Shown: positions 9,648-18,224, counted from the first letter of the whole stretch. The stretch is DNA of 35,970 nucleotides, filler included, from an uncultured Ignavibacteriales bacterium (GCA_964464605.1; 7 parts of 7 records of this genome joined end to end with filler, not necessarily neighbours in it), one strand, 5' to 3'. Program-made: numbers and translations. Notes: generated by a model not told the origin, from the sequence alone.

Positions 9648-11588
9648 TTGAATTCACTTCCAATTAGACTAAACTTCCTGCCATTCGTCGACCAGGACAT
9701 TCAATTTAGTGTTTGGCGGGTTCCATACACGAATCAAGCTCGAACGCCGGGCTATCACAGGATGAAGCTGCCTAGCTCCGAGCAACCGAACGCACAATAT
9801 GTTGAATACTGGGTTAGCTTGGAGCAGCAACAAGGTTCTGAAGAATTCTCTTGTAAGTCCAGTTACAACGCGTTCTTGACTCTCAAAGCTATTTCGGCTG
9901 CCCTAAGAAACCGAATCGCCGGTAGTGACCTTCGGGCAGACGACTATAGTATTGCGGATGACCATTTCCAAGACCGATTGGTCATTAAGGTGAAGCAGTT
10001 CGCCGAAGGATCTCAAACCATCGAACTCCAACCTTATTTTCTACGTTCGAGTAACAAGTTTGGTCTACTAGTGGATTTCCATTTTGCTACGGAACCAGGT
10101 CAAGCATTTACAAGACGAATCCAGCAGCTGAGTCTAAGCTTGGACAAAGCATTCCAAAGCAATCGAAATTATTACAGTGATAAGTACGACAAGTTAACTT
10201 CCTTCATAACTACCCACTTGCAACACATCTCACCACTTGTCATTGGAGAAAAGAGTCATCAATTGGACTCTGAATTACTCCGCATGTTGCCTTCGTCGCT
10301 CGATAAACGCATCTATCAGTTTCATTCTAACACCGAATCTTCATCTCAGTTTCTCGGTCTTAAGCAGAACTCTCCGTTGGTAACGCTATCCAGACAGCCT
10401 CTCTTTGTTTTTATCTTCACCTCTGAGCTCAAGCCATATGCTAACGAGCTTTACTCAGCAATGAAGGGAAAGAGTTATCCCACTACGTTTCCGGGTCTCA
10501 ACGAAATCTTTGGTATCAACATTACAACAAGTGATGTTCTTTCCATTATTGTCCCTTCAATTCAGCTTCAGGACTTAATTGGAGTAGAACCCGAGTTAAC
10601 ACGTCTTCAAATAGCAAATCCTGATCGTCAGCTCATTGGCATATTTTTACAGCCTACACGCGACGATGAAGCCCAACATTCGCCCTACTACTTTCTAAAA
10701 TCTGTCTTCTTGAGAAAGAATTTGCCACTCCAAGTAGTCACCATCGAGCGCATGAAGGGGAAAGATGGGCTCAAATGGAGTATTGCAAATATTTGCCTAC
10801 AAATATTTGCGAAACTTGGAGGCATCCCATGGTGTGTGAAACCACGAAATGAAAAGTGCATCATTTTTGGTTTGGGAAGCTCCCACCAACGTTCTGTCGA
10901 AGGCAACATTACAAGGTATTTGGCCTACTCCGTATGCCTCGATTCTAGTGGAATCTACAAGCGTCTGGACACCCTGGGTGAAGCAGACTCAAAGCACGAG
11001 TACCTCGAACTGTTCAAAACTAATATCACGACAACTATTCGGTCTCAACTCCAATCTGATAGTGGATTGACAACATGCGTAATACACGCGCCATTCAAGA
11101 TTCGAAGAGACGAGCTTCGCGGAATTGAACAAGCAATTGAACAGCTCACGACCTCTCATCAGGCTGTCCGCTTTGTCTGCATCAAAATTAATACCAAGAA
11201 TCGTTTCTTTGGATTCGCGGAGAATAACAGCCGAGTTCCCTATGAAAGCTCCTATATTCAACTTTCAAATTCTGAATATCTAATCTGGCTTGAAGGACTT
11301 CACTATGGCAAGGAAAATGTAAATAAGCGTATTGGCAACCCAATCCACGTCGAATTTATCTATCCTTCGTCACAAACAGCTGCGTCGCTTACAGAAATTG
11401 AAAAACAGTCATTTCTTCAAGATATCATTAATCTTTCTGGGGCAAACTGGCGCGGATTCAACGCGAAGCTTGCACCAATCTCAATTTTTTATCCTGAACT
11501 AATTGCGTCGTACCTTGCAGCATTTCAACAAATGCCCACTCCTCACGACGTTAATATCACACATATGAATCAACCTTGGTTTCTGTAG
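9648..11588 (+). CDS. ago: Long prokaryotic Argonaute, catalytically inactive (long-B type)
   Basis: 646 aa. MID 5'-phosphate pocket Y-K-Q-K (YYFLKS...PLQVV...QIFAKLGGIPW). PIWI catalytic aspartates are replaced (IFGLGSSH, VIHAPFK). C-terminus LSGANWRGFN...PISIFYP...PWFL. Confidence 0.9.
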   Translation: MNSLPIRLNFLPFVDQDIQFSVWRVPYTNQARTPGYHRMKLPSSEQPNAQYVEYWVSLEQQQGSEEFSCKSSYNAFLTLKAISAALRNRIAGSDLRADDYSIADDHFQDRLVIKVKQFAEGSQTIELQPYFLRSSNKFGLLVDFHFATEPGQAFTRRIQQLSLSLDKAFQSNRNYYSDKYDKLTSFITTHLQHISPLVIGEKSHQLDSELLRMLPSSLDKRIYQFHSNTESSSQFLGLKQNSPLVTLSRQPLFVFIFTSELKPYANELYSAMKGKSYPTTFPGLNEIFGINITTSDVLSIIVPSIQLQDLIGVEPELTRLQIANPDRQLIGIFLQPTRDDEAQHSPYYFLKSVFLRKNLPLQVVTIERMKGKDGLKWSIANICLQIFAKLGGIPWCVKPRNEKCIIFGLGSSHQRSVEGNITRYLAYSVCLDSSGIYKRLDTLGEADSKHEYLELFKTNITTTIRSQLQSDSGLTTCVIHAPFKIRRDELRGIEQAIEQLTTSHQAVRFVCIKINTKNRFFGFAENNSRVPYESSYIQLSNSEYLIWLEGLHYGKENVNKRIGNPIHVEFIYPSSQTAASLTEIEKQSFLQDIINLSGANWRGFNAKLAPISIFYPELIASYLAAFQQMPTPHDVNITHMNQPWFL

Positions 11589-11597
11589 GACGACGTT

Positions 11598-12647
11598 ATG
11601 GCGATAAAGCTAGATGACATTATTGTTCTCATAGGCGCCGGTTGCAGCGCAGACGCTAATATTCCTACCGCTTCCCAAATGATGAGGAAAATTGAGGAAG
11701 GTTGTCTGAACACCGACGCTGGTGACTTCAAAAACCTCTATAACTATGTAAAGAGCGCCATCATCTACGGCCAAGGAATCCAGGGTAAGTTCGACGTACC
11801 CATCAATGTTGAAGATCTGATTAATGTACTTACTGAACTTGAAAAACGAGAACGAAACTTAGTCTTTCCGTTTATCGCTAATTGGAACAATCTCTTGACT
11901 GATCTAGCTGGCACAAATTTCACATCTGTAACAAAGTTCAAGAAAGTCATTAACACACAATTATTGCAATGGGTGAAACGTGACAATTATGAACGTGATG
12001 CGAGTTATTACACCGGATTTTATGGCTTTCAAAAAGAACTTGAATTGCCATTGCGGGTATTTTCTCTGAACTATGACCTCTGCTTTGAAAAACTAGCCGA
12101 GCCTGGCTATCGGCTAGAACTAGGATTTGACCAAGACCGCAACTGGGATTATAGGCGTTTTGAAGGAGACGAAAATGCGCAAGTATCAATGTATCTCTAC
12201 AAGCTTCACGGTTCAGTCGATTGGAAACGGGAAAACAACCAGCTCATCAGAAGTGATTCGCCTGTAGACAACCCAGAGCTAATTTTCGGAATACCTGCAA
12301 AGCTCCAATCTTATGACCCATACTTATTCTATATCTATGAATTGAGGAAGTACTCCCTCCAAAGCAAATTAATAATAGTGATTGGCTACAGTTTTGGAGA
12401 CGACCACATCAATGACCTCCTCCGTCAGGCACTTCAACTCAACCCTATTCGTCGGTTGCTCTGCATAGAAGGTGGCTCCGTCACAGTTGACCATGTCAAG
12501 GAGAACATCAAGAACAGACTGTCTTTGGCAACTGTCGATCAAGTCGAAGTGGCGTGCTCCAAAGCCAAGGACTTCCTACAAAACCAGCTAAAGCTAGCAC
12601 AGATTGAACCCCGCATCATTGCGGATGATGAGCAACCCTTTCGCTAA
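11598..12647 (+). CDS. SIR2-like NADase effector paired with pAgo
   Basis: LIGAGCS, FSLNYD, YKLHGSVDW and VIGYSFGDDHIN motifs; starts 9 nt after the pAgo stop. Confidence 0.9.
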   Translation: MAIKLDDIIVLIGAGCSADANIPTASQMMRKIEEGCLNTDAGDFKNLYNYVKSAIIYGQGIQGKFDVPINVEDLINVLTELEKRERNLVFPFIANWNNLLTDLAGTNFTSVTKFKKVINTQLLQWVKRDNYERDASYYTGFYGFQKELELPLRVFSLNYDLCFEKLAEPGYRLELGFDQDRNWDYRRFEGDENAQVSMYLYKLHGSVDWKRENNQLIRSDSPVDNPELIFGIPAKLQSYDPYLFYIYELRKYSLQSKLIIVIGYSFGDDHINDLLRQALQLNPIRRLLCIEGGSVTVDHVKENIKNRLSLATVDQVEVACSKAKDFLQNQLKLAQIEPRIIADDEQPFR

Positions 12648-12714
12648 TTATTTCGCTTCAAGTAATCAGCAAATTCGTCTTGGAAAACTTCAACCCACCT
12701 TTGATATTCCCCTT

Positions 12715-13191
12715 ATGCAATCCAATGAAGATGACAAACCAGATAGCAAGTCTGACCCAGAACCATACTGGCGCGCCCTTGATAACAAGACTGACAATGA
12801 GCCAAGTGGCCGATTTAGCAACTTCGCTGCAAAGTTCGATTTTAACACCGTCAAAAAATCAGAAGCCGATGATGATGTGGAAGTCCTAATCAGTTCAGAA
12901 GACTTCGAATTCATTCAAAAGAAGATGCAAGACGAGTTTTACGTTTCACCGAAAGACGTAATTCACGACGCACTCTTTTACCTGCAACAAAGTGATGATG
13001 AGCAGCGGAAAAAACTCGAAGAACGAAACGCAAAAAATCCCCCAGACCCTTCCGTTGCCGAGTTCTTTGAAAAGGCCAAAGCGGACGGTACGCTTGGAAC
13101 ACCTGAATTTAATAAGGAATTCAACCGACGCTTTTGTGACCGGGATGACCTCTACACGAAGCTTTCTGACGGGGCAGAACCCGAATACTGA
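12715..13191 (+). CDS. Acidic hypothetical protein with central ParD-like RHH segment
   Basis: VEVLISSEDFEFIQKKMQDEFYVSPKDVIHDALFYLQQ matches the ParD RHH pattern. The start is uncertain (12625 or 12715). Confidence 0.55.
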   Translation: MQSNEDDKPDSKSDPEPYWRALDNKTDNEPSGRFSNFAAKFDFNTVKKSEADDDVEVLISSEDFEFIQKKMQDEFYVSPKDVIHDALFYLQQSDDEQRKKLEERNAKNPPDPSVAEFFEKAKADGTLGTPEFNKEFNRRFCDRDDLYTKLSDGAEPEY

Positions 13192-13196
13192 CCCAT

Positions 13197-13212
13197 TGTC
13201 GGACGTCCGACA
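13197..13212. repeat. 16-bp palindrome copy 2, probable parS
   Basis: CCCATTGTCGGACGTCCGACAATCC; same 25-nt context as copy 6. Confidence 0.7.
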
Positions 13213-13346
13213 ATCCTAACGAAAATACAAAGGCCGCCTCAGGTTCAGGCGGCCATCCCTAATTTCCCCAAAAGGGAAAGGAGTATTTTGCGTTACATGA
13301 GCAATATAGAAACTTGGCGGTTTTACGCAATCACAATCTAGGTTTT

Positions 13347-13988
13347 CTAGGCAGCTTTCTTCACATCTTCAGTGAATACTTTCACTCCACGACGACTAAG
13401 GCGAAGCGCAGAATAAGGCACTGGTTCAAACCCCACCACCTTTCTTTCACGATTCACCGCCCGAAGGATGTTTAGGAGCTGGCGACGCACCGGTGCATAG
13501 GGCTCAAACGGGACTCTTCTGAACTCTCCTGTGAGGTTTTCTACCGACCGACAGCAGGCCAAAGACACAAGATGAGCCTTCAACTTTCGATATTCATCCG
13601 GATGAACTCTTACCGATGAATGCCACTTCTGATCGACGCCAAGCTTGTAACTGATACTGTACCCCGCAAATTTTACCGGGTCCCTACGGACATCCTTAAA
13701 ATCAGGATGCTCTTCAAAGAATGAGTGTTTTCCCTTAGACGCCATCAACACAAAGAACCGTCCAAGCCTGAGATAGTGAACGTTGGCAAGACCAGCCTGT
13801 TTTCGTCTCGCTCTTGCCCACTTGGAAATTCCCACGTTGTATTTTTTTAGCATCTTTAGGTCGACCATCTCCGGCGCTTTTTTCTCGGGTATCTGGCCGG
13901 TCACATAGAACCAGTATCCGCTCCCAATGTAGCTTACCGCCAATTGCTGGACGAAGGCCTCGATACTTGATGCTTCACAGTTGTACAC
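13347..13988 (-). CDS. Basic conserved-type hypothetical protein (213 aa) downstream of the permuted group II ribozyme
   Basis: Motifs FVQQLAVSY..GYWFYVTG.IP, SKWARARRKQAGLANVHYLR, PFEPYAPVRRQLLNILRAVN. K/R-rich; no YADD or other RT motifs. Confidence 0.8.
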   Translation of the reverse strand: MYNCEASSIEAFVQQLAVSYIGSGYWFYVTGQIPEKKAPEMVDLKMLKKYNVGISKWARARRKQAGLANVHYLRLGRFFVLMASKGKHSFFEEHPDFKDVRRDPVKFAGYSISYKLGVDQKWHSSVRVHPDEYRKLKAHLVSLACCRSVENLTGEFRRVPFEPYAPVRRQLLNILRAVNRERKVVGFEPVPYSALRLSRRGVKVFTEDVKKAA

Positions 13989-14386
13989 ATCCCTGTTATG
14001 CGCGGAAGGAAGAGGGTTGTTTCAATTGGCACACACCCACAAAGCCTTTGCCTTTCGCAAATCCTTTGGCAGACGGTTGAACCGACCGCAAAACCTCACG
14101 AAAAACCCTTTCGCCTTTTTCGTAACCTCCTAACCGCGCCACGCCTCTTGGCCCGGGCAAACTGTTTTCCCAGTTCGCCCCAGTCCAATACATAGGCGTA
14201 GCGCGTTTGAAACCTCTAACAGACACTAGGTACACGCCAAGTGTCTGTCGTCATTCCGCCGCCAGAAGACGGTCTACCTCCCGATAGAGCCTCTTATGGC
14301 CACGTCTCATCCTTCCACGGAAACCGCTCTGAGGGCTTCAAATTTGCCCTCAGAGCCAGTCCGTCACCTAGTTGGGTAAATGTGAT

Positions 14387-15204
14387 ACCCGTCGCCTCTT
14401 TCGTCGCTGTAATCGTCCCTAAGAACCACCAAAGGAACTCAGACGGGTCACCACTGCCTTGCAGTGACACCGCAGACCGCCAGGTCTCTTCTACTTGAGG
14501 CACTCTCCCAGACTCCAGCCTTTGAATCACCTGCTTGATGTAACAGGCACCGGTTATCAATCCGGTAGCTAAAGTCCTTCCCCGGTTATTGGGGGTCTTC
14601 CCGCATTTGGTCACGTCACTAGAGGCTGTTACGCCTCAGATTTAAGGCAATATGTCCAAGGCTCCCGCCAAGGCATAGTTTCCATGCGTTGCCGCATGAT
14701 TTCAGGGGATAGAAAACAGAAGCTTCCCCTTACCCATGAGCCAAAAACCATTCGTCGTTCGGCACCGTCTCCAAATGCACTTACCAGCAAGAGCTTAATG
14801 CCCCTTTCACGCTTGAGCTTTTCGCCGTGGGCTTTTTAGACCCATCGCCGAGTCGTACCATGGACCCGGTTACTTGTGTCACCACAAGTAAACTCCACGC
14901 GCTGGCCTACGTTGAACGAACCTGTCGAGACTTTCACCCGATTTGTCACTGTCGTGACTATGGTCCGAACCCCGCGGGGGGATTAGCCTTCGTACATGTC
15001 GGATGTCCGACATTTGGAACGCATCACCGCCTTTGACCACCAAGGCTTGAGACTGGATCTCAAGTTTGTCCCGGTCGCCCGCTCTCCTATGTGAGCGAAA
15101 AATATGGGATAGAATGCTGGGATTAGTCTCAAATGTTGAGGGTTACTCCAGCAAGCCTCCCTCGAACCGGACAAGCCACTCTCATGGCATCCGGCTCTAC
15201 GGGT
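14387..15204 (-). ncRNA. Circularly permuted group II intron ribozyme (DV-DVI-exon-DI-DII-DIII)
   Basis: Minus strand: 34-nt DV GAGCCGGAUGCCAUGAGAGUGGCUUGUCCGGUUC (15197-15164). DVI with bulged A (15110) 7 nt from an AU end (15104). DI motifs CGGGUGAAAGUCUCG (14940-14926) and hairpin UACUUGUGGUGACACAAGUA (14890-14871). DIII GCCUC-AAGUA/GAAA-GAGGC (14501-14394). Closing stem ACCCGU/ACGGGU (15204-15199 with 14392-14387). Confidence 0.85.
14997..15012. repeat. 16-bp palindrome copy 3 (TGTCGGATGTCCGACA), inside the ribozyme
   Basis: One central mismatch relative to the other copies. Confidence 0.6.
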
Positions 15205-15520
15205 GCCGACCTGATGGTTGATAAGACCATCCCCTTAGACCGATTGGTTAAATCGGTTTTACCGGGTGTCGGCTCCCAACTATGGTGACGTCAGAAACAA
15301 GTTTACGTTACTGACAACAACGAGCCTCAGTTACATGCCTGCCACCGGCAAGCAGTCTGAGGCTAAATTGATACCTCCTACTGCTAGTGATGAATACAGC
15401 CTGACTTTATCTCGCGAGAGTAATCTTAGTTGAGATTCAAAAGTTAATCACGTTTTCGGAATTCGTGAGTAGACAGCCCGAACTAGTGAGGGAAAATGCT
15501 GTCGGGCGAAGCCCGCGTGA

Positions 15521-16165
15521 CTACGAGTGAACTATCGAATCGTGAACAACTCTTTCAAGTTCGCTTGCATACTGGATTAACAGCTTATTTACTCGCAGCA
15601 TATCGCTGATCAGTTCGGCATACTTTGGAAAATCCCGCTGCACCTCTTGTGGACTTCTAGTTCTCAGTTCCGCTTCTTGTTGCCCGTACCAATTGCGAAA
15701 GCGCGCTTGCCACTGTGTCAGATGAGGTCTTAGTCCAAGGTTTAAGGAGTCCACGGCTATCCGTACAAGCGTTTGTGTGCTCTGTTCTTTACGAACTAAT
15801 TCTGCAGGTATCTCACTTATTAAATCTCGAGTTTTGCCAAAAAGCGTGTACCAGGAGTCATATACTTCCACAATGACATCATGTTCCGGATCTATCTCAA
15901 TGGCTGCTTTTCTAGTTATCAATTCAGTCCAAATTCGATGGGCAATTTGAATGTCTTCAGAGTTCGGCTTTAGTTCCACCTTCCCTATTTTTGCGATTTC
16001 AATGTGCAAACTGACGACGCAAAATCTCTTACGTTTTTTCGAAACCCAGAACAACGTCTTTAGCAGTGTTGCAGTGATAATGAGCAAAACAATTATCCAG
16101 GAGATTTCCAGAGTAATTTGGTTTTGGTCATTCACGTAGAAGTGGAGCAAATCTCGCCAGTTCAT
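15521..16165 (-). CDS. Uncharacterised membrane-anchored protein (214 aa), putative TIR-system effector
   Basis: ATG 16165 overlaps the TIR stop (TGATG). TM segment ISWIIVLLIITATLLKTLFWV; motifs WTELITRK, EVYDSWY, LRPHLTQWQARF. Confidence 0.8.
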   Translation of the reverse strand: MNWRDLLHFYVNDQNQITLEISWIIVLLIITATLLKTLFWVSKKRKRFCVVSLHIEIAKIGKVELKPNSEDIQIAHRIWTELITRKAAIEIDPEHDVIVEVYDSWYTLFGKTRDLISEIPAELVRKEQSTQTLVRIAVDSLNLGLRPHLTQWQARFRNWYGQQEAELRTRSPQEVQRDFPKYAELISDMLRVNKLLIQYASELERVVHDSIVHS

Positions 16166-16740
16166 CAGTGAGTTACTCCACAGACGAGGCACTTGCTGTT
16201 GTATTTCATCATATCGCTGCTGTTTTGAATGAACTTGGCTCTCGTTGATCTCGCCGAAAAAGCGTCCTCGATCCACCCTCGCAATTCGACCGGTGTTTGT
16301 GGTGGATTGTAAAGTCGGCAATAACTATTGTTGTTCTCTTTGTTCCAATTCTCATAAAACCGTTGCGGCACATATATAGGCTGGCCACAACTTGGAAGTA
16401 CAATCCCAAGCACACCATTTGGAGTATAGAAAAGTCCCTGCCGGAGGGATGACTTTAGTTCCCAGTCCACGTACCGACGACTATGTGTGCATTTCCCAAT
16501 GAGAACGATGGTGACCGAAGAATCCTCAAGATAGTTTTCCCGTATTTTGCTCATAACATACTCCGGATTCCCGCTATCGATAAGATCGGGATTCATCGAC
16601 ACGCCCAGTGCCTTGGAGATGAAAACTTTTTCTTGAACTGACCAACGGTAGATAAAAGTGTCCGCCTCGGATCTATCGCTTTGATGGAATGAGATGAAAA
16701 CCTTGCGCTTTGGGAGCAGCCCGAAAAGGATGTTGTTCAA
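16165..16740 (-). CDS. TIR-domain protein, ThsB/MTH538 (DUF1863)-like
   Basis: KVFISFH, IRENYLEDSSVTIVLIG, RRYVDWEL (catalytic Glu), NGVLGI; C-terminal CLVCGVTH. Confidence 0.88.
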   Translation of the reverse strand: MNNILFGLLPKRKVFISFHQSDRSEADTFIYRWSVQEKVFISKALGVSMNPDLIDSGNPEYVMSKIRENYLEDSSVTIVLIGKCTHSRRYVDWELKSSLRQGLFYTPNGVLGIVLPSCGQPIYVPQRFYENWNKENNNSYCRLYNPPQTPVELRGWIEDAFSARSTRAKFIQNSSDMMKYNSKCLVCGVTH

Positions 16741-16758
16741 GTTACCTAGCCGCCTTCC

Positions 16759-18171
16759 CTATTGTCGGACGTCCGACAATTGTCCCTCCGGGGCCTCAAT
16801 CAGCTGATTCAGCAGCACTTTCTTGTACTCTTCGGGGCTTGGGAGGTTGGCAATCAAGTCTGCCTTCTGATTCTGTATCTCGTCAAGTGATGCCTCGCGC
16901 TTATTCTCCCGCTTGAACCTCAACTTCCAAAGCATCACATGGCCGCTCACTTTTTCGTCATCAGTGAGCTTAATCCAGGTTTGAAATTCTCTTTCAACTT
17001 CTGCCAATTTTATTTGCTGCTCGCGCTCTTTCGCTTTGGCTTTCATCTCCGCCTTTTGCTTTCGCGAGAGAAATCCTTCCGGAGGAGCATAGTTGTCTTC
17101 AATCGCACGGCGAAGGTAACCCGCTGGATTTTTCGTCAATGCTTCGCTCTTGATGCTCCGCAAGTGTTCATAGAGTTCAATCTTCTCTTCGATTCGCTCC
17201 GCACCAAGTCTTTGCACCAGAGTGTGAGCAATCCCTTCCGTGATCCCTCTTTGAATAAGCTCTTTTTTGAGGTTACTTTGGCCCGTTGAAAGGGTTGGCT
17301 TGGATTCCCGCTTCTCCCTAATCGCTCGACGAAACACAGCTTGGCTCCCGTCAAACTCGAATGTTTTTAGGTACCCTCTGTCAATTAGCTCCTGGGCTGC
17401 CGCCGCAATGAATCCCCGTACCTTGGCCGGTCTGGAGTTACGATTGATACCCAGCTTTTCAAATCCAAGCTTTCGGTAGTCGATAAGAAAATCATTTTTC
17501 TGATAGAACTTCTTGTCAAGGTAACGATGAAGTCTGCGAGTTATCGGCCCTTGAAGTGAGAACCAGAAACTCGTATCGAGATTCTTGATGTAGCCCGACT
17601 CAATGCTTCGCCAGACCACCTCGTTCCATTTGAAGTAGCTAAGGGGCAATGCCTGTTGTCCGGAGACTTGCGGCTTGTCCCTATCCCAAAGCCGGTAGTT
17701 ATCAATGATATGGAAACTCTCGGTGCTGTAAGATTCTGAGACCGGGTCATAGAAGGCGTTTTCGGCCTTAATAGTCACCCCCATCAGCCGGTCAAGGGCA
17801 GACTCAATTCGGTGATAATAGGTACCCGTATGAGGCCAGCCGATGATGTTAATGGCCCGGTAGCGGGTAAAGAATTGGCGGGCGGATTCAAGCCCGTTTT
17901 CTTTGGAAATTTGCATGAGAGCCACATAGACTTTTTCGTCGTCTCGGGTTGGCATCCCAAATTTCTCACTCGAAGTAACCGTCCATTTTCTCGGTACCCT
18001 CTTCCCGTCCTGACCGATAATCGTGTCAGAAAATTCTATCGTAACTATCCCCTCTGCCCTGTCGGTCAGAAGTGCAAACGGGAATTCGACAAGGTTCATT
18101 TCATCCTTGCCGCCACTCCAAACTGGTACCTCAAATCGAGGCTTAGTTATTAACTCTTCTTTGTTCATCAT
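16759..18171 (-). CDS. repA: Plasmid replication initiator protein (RepA/RPA type)
   Basis: GKDEMNLVEFPFALL...W.VT...GMP...D..VYVALM; C-terminal NPAGYLRRAIEDNY; adjacent to iterons. Confidence 0.85.
   Translation of the reverse strand: MMNKEELITKPRFEVPVWSGGKDEMNLVEFPFALLTDRAEGIVTIEFSDTIIGQDGKRVPRKWTVTSSEKFGMPTRDDEKVYVALMQISKENGLESARQFFTRYRAINIIGWPHTGTYYHRIESALDRLMGVTIKAENAFYDPVSESYSTESFHIIDNYRLWDRDKPQVSGQQALPLSYFKWNEVVWRSIESGYIKNLDTSFWFSLQGPITRRLHRYLDKKFYQKNDFLIDYRKLGFEKLGINRNSRPAKVRGFIAAAAQELIDRGYLKTFEFDGSQAVFRRAIREKRESKPTLSTGQSNLKKELIQRGITEGIAHTLVQRLGAERIEEKIELYEHLRSIKSEALTKNPAGYLRRAIEDNYAPPEGFLSRKQKAEMKAKAKEREQQIKLAEVEREFQTWIKLTDDEKVSGHVMLWKLRFKRENKREASLDEIQNQKADLIANLPSPEEYKKVLLNQLIEAPEGQLSDVRQ
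16763..16778. repeat. 16-bp palindrome copy 4, in the last codons of repA
   Basis: ATTGTCGGACGTCCGACAAT at 16761-16780. Confidence 0.7.
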
Positions 18172-18224
18172 CAAAAAAATACAACAACACTCGGGTGCTC
18201 TTCTTCGAACTGTGTACCGCTCTT

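Noticed and set aside
9648..12647. Short-pAgo SPARSA system
   Set aside because: The pAgo is 646 aa with an N-terminal region. The SIR2 is downstream and leaves no room for an APAZ domain.
13996..15174. Short ORFs in the ribozyme region
   Set aside because: They lack RBS and protein-like features and overlap conserved RNA structure.
15104..15520. 3' remnant of a canonical group II intron
   Set aside because: No RT or DI-DIII motifs are seen upstream of DV. They lie downstream, and a closing stem links the two ends.
11598..16740. SIR2 plus TIR as type I Thoeris
   Set aside because: They are on opposite strands about 3.5 kb apart. The SIR2 shows no SLOG domain and is coupled to the pAgo.
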